Assembly: GCA_002245135.1 (NCBI GenBank)
Contig: NGBS01000342.1
Coordinates: forward strand, 1 to 33,527
Length of the DNA stretch: 33,527 bases
Direction of reading: 5' to 3'
Origin: Proteromonas lacertae
Lineage: Eukaryota
The position numbers and the translations under genes are program-made. Of this stretch, positions 11,237-21,717 are shown piece by piece (the stretch's first letter is position 1; every line of letters begins with the position of its first letter). The notes beneath the pieces are model-generated. The model was not told the DNA's origin. It made no database searches and saw nothing but the letters and a program-made list of their open reading frames with translations.

Positions 11237-11671
11237 TTTTTGAAATATCTTCATATCTTGATATAATATTTTAACATTCTTCAAAGTGTCTGCTGAAATT
11301 CATTTTTTCTCTTTGACTGAATCAAAAAAAAACATACAAACAAAAAAGTTGAAGAAAATGAAATTTTAAATTAAAAAAGATGTCAGAAGGGGTATTATTC
11401 TTAATTCCTGTGTAACTGACACTTCTCATTTAGACATTATATGTCAATAAAAACATATAATTTGGAATATACATAATTTCTAGAATATATTTTGATAGTT
11501 TTTATTCAATATTATGACAATTAATAGTTACTCATAGATGTAGGTTATATGACAAAGTAAGTATAAAAGTAACAATTTTTCATTAAAAGAAGTGTAATTG
11601 TGTATTTAGTTTGTTTTGAAAGTGTCTGGTAGACAAACGGCCAACTCTGACAAACGGCGCACAACAGGACT

Positions 11672-11724
11672 GACTCCTAGAACACTCGTTAGAACTCTGT
11701 GACAATGTCCCAGGGTCCCATTTA
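11672..11724 (+). repeat. Displaced continuation of the RNR-element TIR (outer arm of the right palindrome)
   Basis: gactcctagaacactcgttagaactctgtgacaatgtcccagggtcccattta matches 359-411 directly and ~7732-7784 in reverse complement. Confidence 0.92.
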
Positions 11725-12113
11725 TATACTATATATTCCAGTTTTTTTATTGCATGTATATTCTACACCACAGTGTATACATATACAGAAATTACTCCCT
11801 TTAATTTAATTCGCTATACTCATATTATAATTTACAAAATAACCATATCAACACCTTCTATTTATTTTATTGTTCCATATTTAATAATTATATCTCAATA
11901 AAAACAATTAACAAATGAAATATGGTATAAAAATAATAAAGTTTGTCTATAAGTTCGATTTTAATTCTTCAAAACATTTGATTTAAATTATCGAGTTATC
12001 CTATGAAGTGTCATTATTTACTGAAATTTGAAACTCTGGAGACTCTTCGAAATGCATAAATGTACCTGTTATCTTATCTAGAATTTTCATCCAATCCTAA
12101 CCTTAATTTCGCA

Positions 12114-12653
12114 CTATGGTCTTCTTCTGGTGGCACTCAGATATTTTTCTAATACTAATAATGAATCACCAATCCATGCACCTATATCCATAACATCTTT
12201 ATTTAACATGTAATTAAGCATTTTTTTATTAAAATAAATAATTCCATGCTTATAAAAGAATACTTCCGGATAAAAATATGAAAAATTATATCTCATTTTA
12301 TATACAGGAAGCAGGGATAAATATAATTTATTATTATTCAACTGTTCATTTGAAAACACTTTAACTAGCTTTTCACATATTATTATTGTTTTCATCATAT
12401 ATTTTTGATTGTTTAAATTCATTTTTGATATATAGTCTGTATTCCTTTTCATATATAAGAATTCTTTTTCAATGTGCTCAATTGATTTAGTTATACTGTA
12501 ATTATTTAAATTTAAAATTTCTTCTCTAATTTTAATAAAGAAAGGGAACAGTTTAATACCTTTACTACATATTTTATAATCTACTTTATCTTTTTTGTAA
12601 AACATTGATAGAAAATAAATAATCCACAAGACAAATATAAGATATAATATCAT
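12114..12653 (-). pseudogene. FkbM-family SAM-dependent methyltransferase with N-terminal membrane anchor, 3'-truncated
   Basis: Hydrophobic N-terminus, then EVFFYKHG...NKDVMDIGAWIGDSLLVLEKY (SAM motif I). The ORF ends a few codons later, before the rest of the fold. Confidence 0.7.
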
Positions 12654-12961
12654 AATTTACAGATTGTTGCAATTAAATGTTACTAAATATCATAATATTT
12701 GTACGAGCCATCAAGTTTGGCATTTCTGTAACGATTCTTTCCATAAAACATACATTTAAAGAGAATTTTAGATATATAATTTTTTATTATGGTATATAAT
12801 TATGATTTTATATTCTTGTTAATAGATTAGTAGTATGGTGAACTTATCAGCTGAAATTATAGACTTATATGTCTTCACCTCCCAAGACTTTTCTAAACAC
12901 AGAATGACTAACGTGTTAAATTGTTTATCGCGCAAATTTCTTTATCGCGCGACATATTTCA

Positions 12962-13087
12962 TAAAGAAAAATCAAGCTTGTAAGTACTATATATATATAT
13001 ATTATTATCAAAATACTTTCTTTATATTATTTATAAACTTTATAATACTATCATGTACAGCGAAAGGTACAGAAGCATCATTATTTT
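12962..13087 (+). repeat. Inverted partial copy of 11036-11236
   Basis: Near-identical sequence with an internal deletion and shorter microsatellites. Confidence 0.9.
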
Positions 13088-13379
13088 AATAGAAAATTGA
13101 TTTTGTGACCGGTTTTACATAATTTACCTCTTCTTTTACCTTAATATTTGTACTCATCTTCGATGTATTTCAATTTATATCTTATCTCTGAGTATGTAAG
13201 TCTTGATTTTGATCCTGAAATTAAATGATATAATTTCGATTTTGTGGGAGCTCTGATTTTACCGTCTTTTCTGAAGCTTATGATGATTACTTGTTTGTCT
13301 AATTCTGTTAATTTGAATGGAACTGTTCTATGTTTAGTTTTTTTTATTATCTTCCATAAAATGTTAGTCTTATGATGAT

Positions 13380-13961
13380 TTGTTTATAGTTAAGGATATG
13401 CTATATACACCTGTAATAGAAGGTAATGGTGATTTATTTAAGCTAGATGATAAAGATGATGAACATACCAGACATTTAAAAATTGCAAGTAAAATGAATG
13501 CATTATATAGTTTAACAAAACCTATTTTTTGGATTTCAAAAATAGAAATAGTAACAAAAGATTTAGCCTACAAGATATTAGGTATTCCAAATAATAGCTA
13601 TTGGTTATGTTATGATAAATTTGTTCCAGGACCTCAAGGAACAGAAAAAGCATTTTCAGTAGATTTCCCATTTACTCAATTACCATATCGTCCATCTCTT
13701 ATATGGGTTAGCGCGATATCCATTCGTTTAGATATTGTAAACATCATTCAAGATTCAAATGTGTTAGAAAATATACCAATAGCAAACCCTGAGTTTCCAT
13801 TCATTACATACCAGAACAATGACATTCTTAATACTAGCAAAATGTTCAATAATACTTATGCCAATGGTCAAATTACAATTCAGATTACTCAACAAAATGG
13901 TTATGAACTCAATCTTGATAATATCGAGTTTAATTTAGCTATTGTTGTCTTTAAAGTCTAA
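13380..13961 (+). CDS. Minor capsid (penton-like, single jelly-roll) protein, probably 5'-truncated
   Basis: KILG, ISIRLDIV, NVLENIP...FITYQN and ITIQITQQNGYELNLDNIEFNLAIVVF follow the C-terminal pattern of Polinton/virophage minor capsid proteins. It lies directly upstream of the MCP. Confidence 0.72.
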   Translation: MFIVKDMLYTPVIEGNGDLFKLDDKDDEHTRHLKIASKMNALYSLTKPIFWISKIEIVTKDLAYKILGIPNNSYWLCYDKFVPGPQGTEKAFSVDFPFTQLPYRPSLIWVSAISIRLDIVNIIQDSNVLENIPIANPEFPFITYQNNDILNTSKMFNNTYANGQITIQITQQNGYELNLDNIEFNLAIVVFKV

Positions 13962-13982
13962 TTTTTATTTTATTTTTATTTT

Positions 13983-15449
13983 ATGTTTCTGATGTCTCTA
14001 ACTATCCCAAAAGAGCAAAAACACGGTGTAGACGTTCCAGCAATGATGACCTTTTATCAGTATGTCAAGTTGACACCAATGGAAACAAAATCATTCTATC
14101 AACTTAAAAATAACACTTAATCAGATGAAATAAGGTTCGAATTAAGTGGTGAGAACATTATAAACCTTGCAAAGTCTTACATTCAATATGATATCGAAAT
14201 TGAAACTACTCCACTTTCTAAAATTGGAGCATTTCAAAAAATTGATGGTAGTGGTAATGTAGCAGGTGATAATACTTTATATCCAAAATATATAAAAGGA
14301 ATGAAAGAAGGATTTGGATTAGCAGCATTTCGTTTATGTAATAATACAGGAACAGATCTAATCAAGCTTGATGACAATTATGAACACTATAGAGTGTTTA
14401 TGGATGAATTAGTGAGAAAAAGATCAGACATGTTTTACCAATCAAACTATAATGATGGAATTCAATTAAAATGGAATGATGAATACCATGATCATTTAAT
14501 TCTTGATGAAAATGAATGGGAAATGGATAAAGATGGAGCTACAAAAATTATAGTTACTGGATCAGGTGATAAATATCAACAGTATAAAAAGTCTAAAACT
14601 ATTCATGTAAAGATGTTTTTAGGTAAATTTTACAATACATTCTTATCAATGAAAAGTGATGCATTCTTTGGAGAGAGAATGTATTTATGTTTCAATTTCC
14701 AACAAAGTCCTAAATTTGGACAAATTATGGGTTTTAATAATGATGAAGGTGCATCAACATCAATAAACTGGCCTATAGATGGAATAAGACCAGATTCAAT
14801 TAAATTCAAGAATTTTTATTTCTATGCTTATTTGAATAAAGATACTCAATGTAATAACAATACAAGAAGTTATTGTTTATCTAAACCAATCCAGTTCAAT
14901 GATGTAAAGTGCCATACATTAACAGTAAATCAAGGTGGATCTGGACAATTCAACTATTCCTTTACATTAAACAGCTCAAATGGACCATTCTTACGTTACA
15001 TTATCTATAGACCATGGATCGAAGGAACTCAAACAGCACACGATGGTAAGAGTGGAACAGCAACAAATAGATATGCAGTAATTCCTGAAAATGCACAATT
15101 CAGATGGATGATTAACGATTTCGTGTATCAACCAGACTATTCATTAATGCAGTATTATGATAGTTACATGACTGTACAAGATTATTTCAAAGATTCATGG
15201 TTTGATATATTCAAAAGACATATTCCTTTTAAAAAGAAGTTCTTTGAAATTTTGAATTTTGGATCAAAAGACTTGGATAATATCAAGAATCAATCAGGAA
15301 GACCATTAGCTAGTGACTTAAAGATCACTTTTGAGTTGTCTACTCCTGGTACAAATGATTTCACTAACTTTAATATCACTCATCGTTTCTATATAGTTAC
15401 AGGAAGAATGTGTACAATCAATGGAAGTGGAATTGTAAGTGTTATTTAA
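13983..15449 (+). pseudogene. Major capsid protein (double jelly-roll), ~485 codons with one in-frame TAA
   Basis: ATG 13983/13992 is in frame with ORF 14301-15449 across TAA 14118-14120. N-terminal EIRFELSGENIINLAKSYIQYDIEI and C-terminal CTINGSGIVSVI. Size and position between penton and ATPase fit. Confidence 0.8.
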
Positions 15450-15513
15450 ACTAACTAATAACTAGCATAATGACTATATTCCTTATATAATTGTTTTTTT
15501 ATTTTTTATTTAA

Positions 15514-16362
15514 ATGAGTAAAATAAAACTAGAGAAATGTAATGACGTTGTCATAACGCCAGTAGAATCAGTAGTCAAAGGTAATAAAAAGAGATCAAGA
15601 GATACTGTTTTAGGCTATGATTATTTTGAAGAGCCTTTCTGCAATATATTTATATTAGCTAAGAAGAACAGTGGAAAGACAACACTTATATTTAACATGA
15701 TACAACACTTGTTAAAGAAGAATTATGATCAAACTGTATATTTCTTTGTAGGAACAATTTCAAAGGATATTATTTATGAAAAGATCACTGATATGCTGAA
15801 GTACAATTTAATAGAATACCATTGTTACGATTCAATAGTAAATGAAGATAAAGTGAATGTATTAGATGCAGTATTGAATAATATCACAGATGTTGATAAA
15901 GACAATTATAGTTATCCTGAAAATATCTTTATATTCGATGATATATCATTCGATTTATCAAATAAGACCGTTTCAAAACTACTCAAATCAAACCGTCATT
16001 ACAAGTCAAAAGTAATTATATCAAGTCAATATGTTACAGATTTAACACCATCTGTTCGTCTACAATTAGATTATTGCTTAGTATTTAGAAATCTAAGTTT
16101 AGCTAATCTACACAGTGTTCATAATAGTTTAGATTTGTGGGTAGATTTCAGTAAGTTTAGAGAATATTACAAGTATGCAACCAATTACAGTAATCATTCA
16201 TTCCTCTACATCGATTTGTGCAATCATGAATTTCGTGTAAACTTTAATATGAAAATTAAAAACGATAGTAATGGTTATAAAAGTGATAATGAAAATACCA
16301 GCATTAGTTCCTCCTCCTCTTCTTCCTCTGATTCGTCCGATACTGATGATGATTCAGAATAA
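15514..16362 (+). CDS. A32/FtsK-HerA family genome-packaging ATPase
   Basis: Walker A variant IFILAKKNSGKTT, Walker B IFIFDD, and RHYKSKVIISSQY..LTPSVR; acidic/Ser tail. Confidence 0.93.
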   Translation: MSKIKLEKCNDVVITPVESVVKGNKKRSRDTVLGYDYFEEPFCNIFILAKKNSGKTTLIFNMIQHLLKKNYDQTVYFFVGTISKDIIYEKITDMLKYNLIEYHCYDSIVNEDKVNVLDAVLNNITDVDKDNYSYPENIFIFDDISFDLSNKTVSKLLKSNRHYKSKVIISSQYVTDLTPSVRLQLDYCLVFRNLSLANLHSVHNSLDLWVDFSKFREYYKYATNYSNHSFLYIDLCNHEFRVNFNMKIKNDSNGYKSDNENTSISSSSSSSSDSSDTDDDSE

Positions 16363-16411
16363 TCCTCATAATGCTAGTAACTTAATTTTTATCATTCTTT
16401 TATTATATTTT

Positions 16412-17288
16412 ATGTTTGGTGGTCCCTTAAAAAAACAAGCTGTTTCAATAGATACAGGTGCTAACAAACAATTTAGGTAAGAAAGCTGATGATGATAAAA
16501 CAATTAGAAAAATGTTGAAAGAAATTGACGTAACAACTAACAATAATGCAGAGTCAGTTAAGAGTGTTGTTAATGCGATAGGTAAAACGAAATTAGAAGC
16601 AAATGAAAGAAATTTATATGAGATGATTAAACATGTTTATGATGTGATTGGTTATCCTAGTTTTGGTAAAGATGATGGTGATTTATATATTTTGGTTAGA
16701 GAATGTTTTTACGCTGTAAGTGATATAACTACTATGCTTAGTAAGGTAGGTGACATTGAATGGAAAATAGGTTATGGTGATTGTTCTTATGATTGTATGT
16801 ATAAATTTGTAAAAGATACATATAATCAAATGAATGAGTTAGTTAAACGTTTTGGTAAACATATTATAGAAGACTGGCTAATTGTATATACAAGAGATAT
16901 TAATGGACAAAGCGAAAGTATATTAAATTGTAGAAAACTCTATGTTCAATATATAGTTCATGATCATTTTATGGAGTTAAAGATAATGAATTATTATAGT
17001 ATGAAAATAAATGACAAATTATTATGGATTAAAACAACTGATAGTTCTCAAACAGCTAATTTTATAAAGAACTATACACCTAAATTAGATATAAGTGCAG
17101 ATACAGGTTTTAAATTCGATTTATTATGTCAATCCTTTAGTGGTAAAGTTCAGCCAATTATTATGAAACCAGAATCATTTTCTCCAATAGATGAATATTT
17201 TACATTCGGTTTAGCAGAAGCTCCAAATAATACATTTGAATGGAATATAGTTATATTACCCCAATCAATCATATTACCTTTCAAATAG
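16412..17288 (+). pseudogene. Possible fibre/spike-like structural protein (helical N-half, beta-rich C-half), frameshift near 5' end
   Basis: ATG 16412 (MFGGPLKKQAVSID) joins ORF 16458-17288 by a 1-nt shift. Function is inferred only from position and composition. Confidence 0.5.
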
Positions 17289-17335
17289 TATAGTATATAA
17301 TTTTAATTAATCTTCTTTGTTTCATTTTTTGTTGT

Positions 17336-19014
17336 TTACTTGGGTGGTTGTTGTTGTTGAGCAACTTGAGAACTTGAAACAAATGGATTATAACCAGTGC
17401 TATTGCTAGTGTATGGTATTGTTGGTGGTTGAAATGCCATTGTGACTGATTGATTAACTACTGGTTGTTGTTGTTGTTGTTGTTGTTGTTGTACATCTGT
17501 AGATGGTACTGGAATATCTTCAACTGGTGCAAAACTTGAATATATTTCAAATTTAGGTAAAACAGTATAATAAGGAGTATTGTTCTGCATTGATGATAAA
17601 ACCATACACTGTCTAATTCTTACTTCAAAATCACAATACTTCAATAAGTGAGAAGTTGGATCACTGATAATGTTGTTCCATGCAGTACATTTCAGTTGAT
17701 TGTTATCATTATCTAATGGAATTACTAAATTTAATCCAAATTGCTGATAGGAATTCTTCATTTTGATATCTTCTGTAAATTTAATTGTTGATTCGACACA
17801 AACATTTTTTATAGTCTCCTTTACTTGAGCATTGAAATCCATAATCGGCTGACGATTAAATAGTAAATATCTAGCAGGAGTGAAAGTAATGTAATGACAT
17901 TTGCCAGACTTAGCTAATTCTGCTCTATGCATATACCCTCTAAACTTGACGTACATGTTATCTGAAGGATTGAAAGCAGGGTTGTATTTATCGGTTACCG
18001 ACGGAGATAGGTCAAAACCTATAGGTTTTGCCTTGACCGTCGGTCGGTCAAGCCTTACAAGCCGTATATTATAAAATCTATTTTAATTCATTATATACTA
18101 ATTTTCCCTTCATAAAAACTATCTTATAATATATTTTAATACTTGATTCATATATTTTCAATTCAATTAAATAATTTTTAACTTTTTATAAAGAATTAAA
18201 ATTTAATACTCAACAATAATTAGGTATTTTATATAATTATGTTCTTATTTATTTCTACTAATCATCAGTTTCATTTGTAATCTATCACATGATAAATTTG
18301 ATTTGGATAAGTTACTTATTTGTCCAGCCTCTGAAAATATTCTTTCTGGCTCTGAAGATGTTGTAATGAATATCATAATGCAAATATTCTTGTACTTCAT
18401 TTGGCATAATTAATCTCTTTCTTTTTACTGCAAATGCATTTATCAAGGCTTTTTATCTTTAACATATTATACCAAAAGGTTTTGTATAAGTTAAAATTAA
18501 GATGTTTAAGCATATTTGCCTCTATTAAGGCAATAACTTCACGAGCCGCTCCAATTGGTAAAACTATACTCCTAGAATATATAATGATAGATTATATTAG
18601 ATACATTTATGATAATTTTAAGAAATGATTAATGTCAAGCTAAAAGTTTGCCATTTTTTCTTTCAAATTTTTATAATCATTCTATACTTTATATTACATA
18701 TATAACACAATAGAATAACTCATTGGTAAGGTTAGATTCAATTATGAAGAAAGAAAAAAGCGCATCGACCGACACGGTTAATTCAGTATTTTATAGAATG
18801 ATATATAGAGCTTGAATTCAATATGTACAGTTAGATAATATTATTAATATCACATGTTTAGGAGGAGGTCAGCTAATAGTTACTACAGCCTGGTGTCGGT
18901 CAACATTTGTTTATTGACCTACGACCGATCGGTTTTCTCCGTCGGTCATGACCGATTTATACAACCCTGATTGAAAGTGATGAAATTGACTCCGTTTTCT
19001 ATTTTTGATGACAT
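17336..19014 (-). pseudogene. 225-aa viral protein with Q/P-rich tail, split by hAT insertion (possible OB-fold ssDNA-binding protein)
   Basis: Removing 17977-18969 and one TSD restores MSSKIENGVNFITFNPSDNMYVKFRG... in frame from ATG 19014. Confidence 0.75.
17977..18969. mobile_element. Non-autonomous hAT transposon, 993 bp
   Basis: TIRs cagggttgtat / atacaaccctg and 8-bp TSD ATTGAAAG (17969-17976, 18970-18977). Subterminal gaccg/cggtc motifs. Minus-strand dimerisation-domain remnant ITTSSEPERIFSEAGQISNLSKSNLS near 18245-18400. Confidence 0.95.
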
Positions 19015-19162
19015 GATTATTATGATTATTAGATATCCAATAAAATGTTAGAATTAAGATTTTATATCCGTTTCATGCATTTTATGGTTTGAAGCTCGAA
19101 GCGCGAATATGCTAATTAGCGGTTTTTTAATAGAATATTTTCATAACCCTTCTTCAACATAA

Positions 19163-19576
19163 ATGGATTCAGATAGTATATTTGTAATAGAGCAGAGAGC
19201 TAAAAAACCAGTATATTTATTTGTTAAAGAGATCAATGTGCTTAGAGCATTTATTGAAACTATCCTAGGTTTAATTAAGACTGCAGCTCAAAACTATATC
19301 ATATGTAAGAATGAAGACATTACCAAATTTAATAGCGTATCTCAATTATTGTTAGGACATATTAATAAGTATGCTAATAAGATGAGAAAGCCAGTTCCAG
19401 ACACAATAGTAGTAGAAGCTCAGAATCTGTTCGATTGGTTTGTAAAATTGGTTAAACAATATGCTATAAACTTACAGATGCCTCCTCCTAAGTATCATAT
19501 TAACGAGTATGGTTCAGTTATCAAAGTGTTGTTGGAAGAATTAGATCTTTACACAAAAATCAAAGAAACCAAATAA
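19163..19576 (+). CDS. Hypothetical viral protein, alpha-helical
   Basis: Intact ATG-initiated ORF ending in the TAATTA junction. Confidence 0.7.
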   Translation: MDSDSIFVIEQRAKKPVYLFVKEINVLRAFIETILGLIKTAAQNYIICKNEDITKFNSVSQLLLGHINKYANKMRKPVPDTIVVEAQNLFDWFVKLVKQYAINLQMPPPKYHINEYGSVIKVLLEELDLYTKIKETK

Positions 19577-19580
19577 TTAA

Positions 19581-20144
19581 TTAATTAAAAGCATTTACAT
19601 ATACTATATTAACTAAAGAACTATAGAAATTGAAACATGTTTTTTCAAATTGGGTAAATAAGTAAACTTTGAAATACAATTTTTGATTAGCTTCCAAGTG
19701 CCAGTTATCTCTAAAATACTGATTGTACATAATGAGTAATCTTCTTATTGCACCTACTATTGTACTATAAGGAACTGATTGATTTTCTGTAAGATCTATA
19801 ATTAAATCTATTTCTTTACATAATGAATCTACTTGATTTGCTGTTAAACTATTCAACGTTCTAAGACTTGGTTTGAATTTCGATAAAGATAACTTAAATA
19901 ATTCCAATGTATATTGTATTTCTTCAATGCTAGCAATTACTCTTGGACCTTCAATACCTATTGGTAATCTACTCTCTGCATGACTTTCTAAAACATCTAT
20001 AGGATCTTCATTTGAAGGAGCAGGTCTTTTATTTTCTGGATCGTCTCTAATTATAAGTATAGGTGATCTAGCTGGAGGTGCAGGAGGTGGAGGTAAAGGT
20101 AATGGTATAGATTCTGTTTTTATGGGTATATTACTCATAAACAA
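19581..20144 (-). CDS. Hypothetical viral protein with Pro-rich N-terminus
   Basis: Intact ORF convergent with 19163-19576; likely ATG at 20138. Confidence 0.7.
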   Translation of the reverse strand: MFMSNIPIKTESIPLPLPPPPAPPARSPILIIRDDPENKRPAPSNEDPIDVLESHAESRLPIGIEGPRVIASIEEIQYTLELFKLSLSKFKPSLRTLNSLTANQVDSLCKEIDLIIDLTENQSVPYSTIVGAIRRLLIMYNQYFRDNWHLEANQKLYFKVYLFTQFEKTCFNFYSSLVNIVYVNAFN

Positions 20145-20183
20145 TAAGTAAAAATAAAAAAAAGAATTAATTAATTAATTAGT

Positions 20184-20717
20184 TCAAGAATCACTTAACA
20201 CTTCTTCCTCTTGATTATCAAAGGAATTGCTTCCGTTGGTTTGTTTGTTAGGCTTGATTAAATGCTTTCTTTTTTTAGGGTTTAAACTGTCTAATGAATC
20301 TGATATAGCAGTCATAATCTTTCTTTTAGTTGTACATATCTCTGAGCTAGCATTCTGATTCAAAATGTCTTCTAAGTCTTCGTCATTTTCCCAATCACTT
20401 AAATCTGTTTCATCTTCTTCCATAGTGTAGTCCTCATCGTCATCATCGCTATCTACAATAAAGCCTTTCAAGTTTCCTTCACTATCGGCATCAGAAGCAT
20501 TAGCATCATCTTCTTCCTCATCCTCACTATCTGTACACTCTGCTTCTCCATATAAATAATTGTAGACGTCTTCTAACTCTCTCTTTCTCTTTTTGGCAGA
20601 TCTTTCTTTATCATCTCGTTTTTGCTCCTCTTTTTGCTCCTTCTCAGCATCGCTAACATCATCGTCTTTAATCTGAAGAATGTGAATTGTTTTTGAGTTG
20701 CTCATAGCACAAAACAA
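20184..20717 (-). CDS. Highly acidic protein with basic NLS-like patches
   Basis: KKRKR and PKKRKH patches, LYGEAECTDSEDEE and DSEGNLKGFIVDSDD. Likely ATG at 20705. Confidence 0.75.
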   Translation of the reverse strand: MFCAMSNSKTIHILQIKDDDVSDAEKEQKEEQKRDDKERSAKKRKRELEDVYNYLYGEAECTDSEDEEEDDANASDADSEGNLKGFIVDSDDDDEDYTMEEDETDLSDWENDEDLEDILNQNASSEICTTKRKIMTAISDSLDSLNPKKRKHLIKPNKQTNGSNSFDNQEEEVLSDS

Positions 20718-20757
20718 AATTTAAAATAATAAAACGAATATATTTTTAATAATTATG

Positions 20758-21150
20758 TTAAGCATTCCCAATGTTATTATAAGCATATGGATTATAAGCA
20801 GGTTTAGCATTATTATTGTTATCTGTTTGATGTGTAGGAGGTGGTGGTGGTGGTGGTGGTTGCAGAACTATTTGAGGTTGCTGAACTGGTTGTGGATCTG
20901 GTTCATTTGCTACTTGATTTACAATTATAACTATTTCATTGATTGCTTCTTGGAATGAAAAACCATTGATACTGTTTAGCATAGATTTAGCTTCTGGCGG
21001 TAACTTATTCAATGTAGAATACAATTCTTGATCAGCTTGGGTCTCTTGTTCTGTCTGAGAAGGCTGCTGTTTATATATAGGATGTTGAGCATCTAACTGT
21101 GTAGTTATACCACCTGAAAAAGTTCTTTGAGGAATAGGTCCGTCTGACAT
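20758..21150 (-). CDS. Hypothetical Q/P/N-rich protein
   Basis: Intact ATG ORF in tandem with neighbouring minus-strand genes. Confidence 0.65.
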   Translation of the reverse strand: MSDGPIPQRTFSGGITTQLDAQHPIYKQQPSQTEQETQADQELYSTLNKLPPEAKSMLNSINGFSFQEAINEIVIIVNQVANEPDPQPVQQPQIVLQPPPPPPPPTHQTDNNNNAKPAYNPYAYNNIGNA

Positions 21151-21217
21151 AAATTTTTATTTTTATGGTCAATGTAATGTCAGTAATGTCAATATAGTAA
21201 TTATTTGTAATATTATT

Positions 21218-21658
21218 ATGCCTAAGAAAAGTAAAAAGAAATATCGCAAGTGTGTTGTAGGAAAAGGTTTCTGGGGAGATTTAAATAAAGGACTTAAAGA
21301 AACTAAAGCAATATCAACTGGTTTAAGTATGATTCCAGGATGGGCTGGTAAACTTACTGGTGGTATTGCCAAGTTATTAGTTTATGGTCGTAGAAGACAT
21401 AGAAAGAGTAGAAGAGGTGGTATGATGAATCCAAAATATGATTTAGTGGGTGGACCAAAATCACTCGAACCATACTTGAAATGGAAAGCAAGTCATAGTG
21501 GTAGTGGTCTTTCAATAGCTGCAAAACATTGGATTAAAGGACCTGGTGGAATTTATAAAGGAAATAAAGGTTCAGGAAGAAGTGGTCATAGAAAAAGCAG
21601 TCATAGTGGTAATAATGCACTTAATCGTTATCCTGATAATAAGATAAGAGTACTTTAG
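21218..21658 (+). CDS. Basic Gly/Arg/Lys-rich virion core precursor with putative protease sites
   Basis: VGKG/FWGDLNKGLK, GRRRHRKSRRGG/MM, LVGG/P and HSGSG/LS; very basic. Confidence 0.7.
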   Translation: MPKKSKKKYRKCVVGKGFWGDLNKGLKETKAISTGLSMIPGWAGKLTGGIAKLLVYGRRRHRKSRRGGMMNPKYDLVGGPKSLEPYLKWKASHSGSGLSIAAKHWIKGPGGIYKGNKGSGRSGHRKSSHSGNNALNRYPDNKIRVL

Positions 21659-21717
21659 TACTTTAATTTTTTGTTTTTTATTCTTTGTTTTTTATTGGTT
21701 TTTAATATATTATCATA

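Larger units (their letters stand above)
7849..11666. mobile_element. Non-autonomous TIR DNA transposon with TGT...ACA ends and 5-bp TSD (Ginger/TDD-like, tentative)
   Basis: ~105-bp TIRs at 7849-7953 and 11562-11666 (tgttgtgcgccgtttgtca...). TSD GGACT at 7844-7848 and 11667-11671. No integrase ORF seen inside. Confidence 0.88.
306..11724. mobile_element. TIR-bounded element with hairpin-like (palindromic) ends carrying class II RNR. Core is 306-7848; the outer arm resumes at 11672-11724 after a nested insertion.
   Basis: Long inverted repeats at 344-713 and 7459-7799, and the same 34-35 nt spacer at 309-343 and 7800-7833. The TIR restarts at 7834-7848 and continues at 11672-11724. Composition is visibly less AT-rich than the flanks. 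No TSD is seen. Confidence 0.8.

Noticed and set aside
13088..13370. Left TIR of the Polinton
   Set aside because: No inverted match to the right end and no AG/AGT-type terminal repeat could be paired; the region is unassigned.
15655..15684. Walker A beginning with Ala (AKKNSGKT) as a sign of inactivation
   Set aside because: The GKT core, Walker B and Arg motif are intact, and substitution at the first position is tolerated in this ATPase group.
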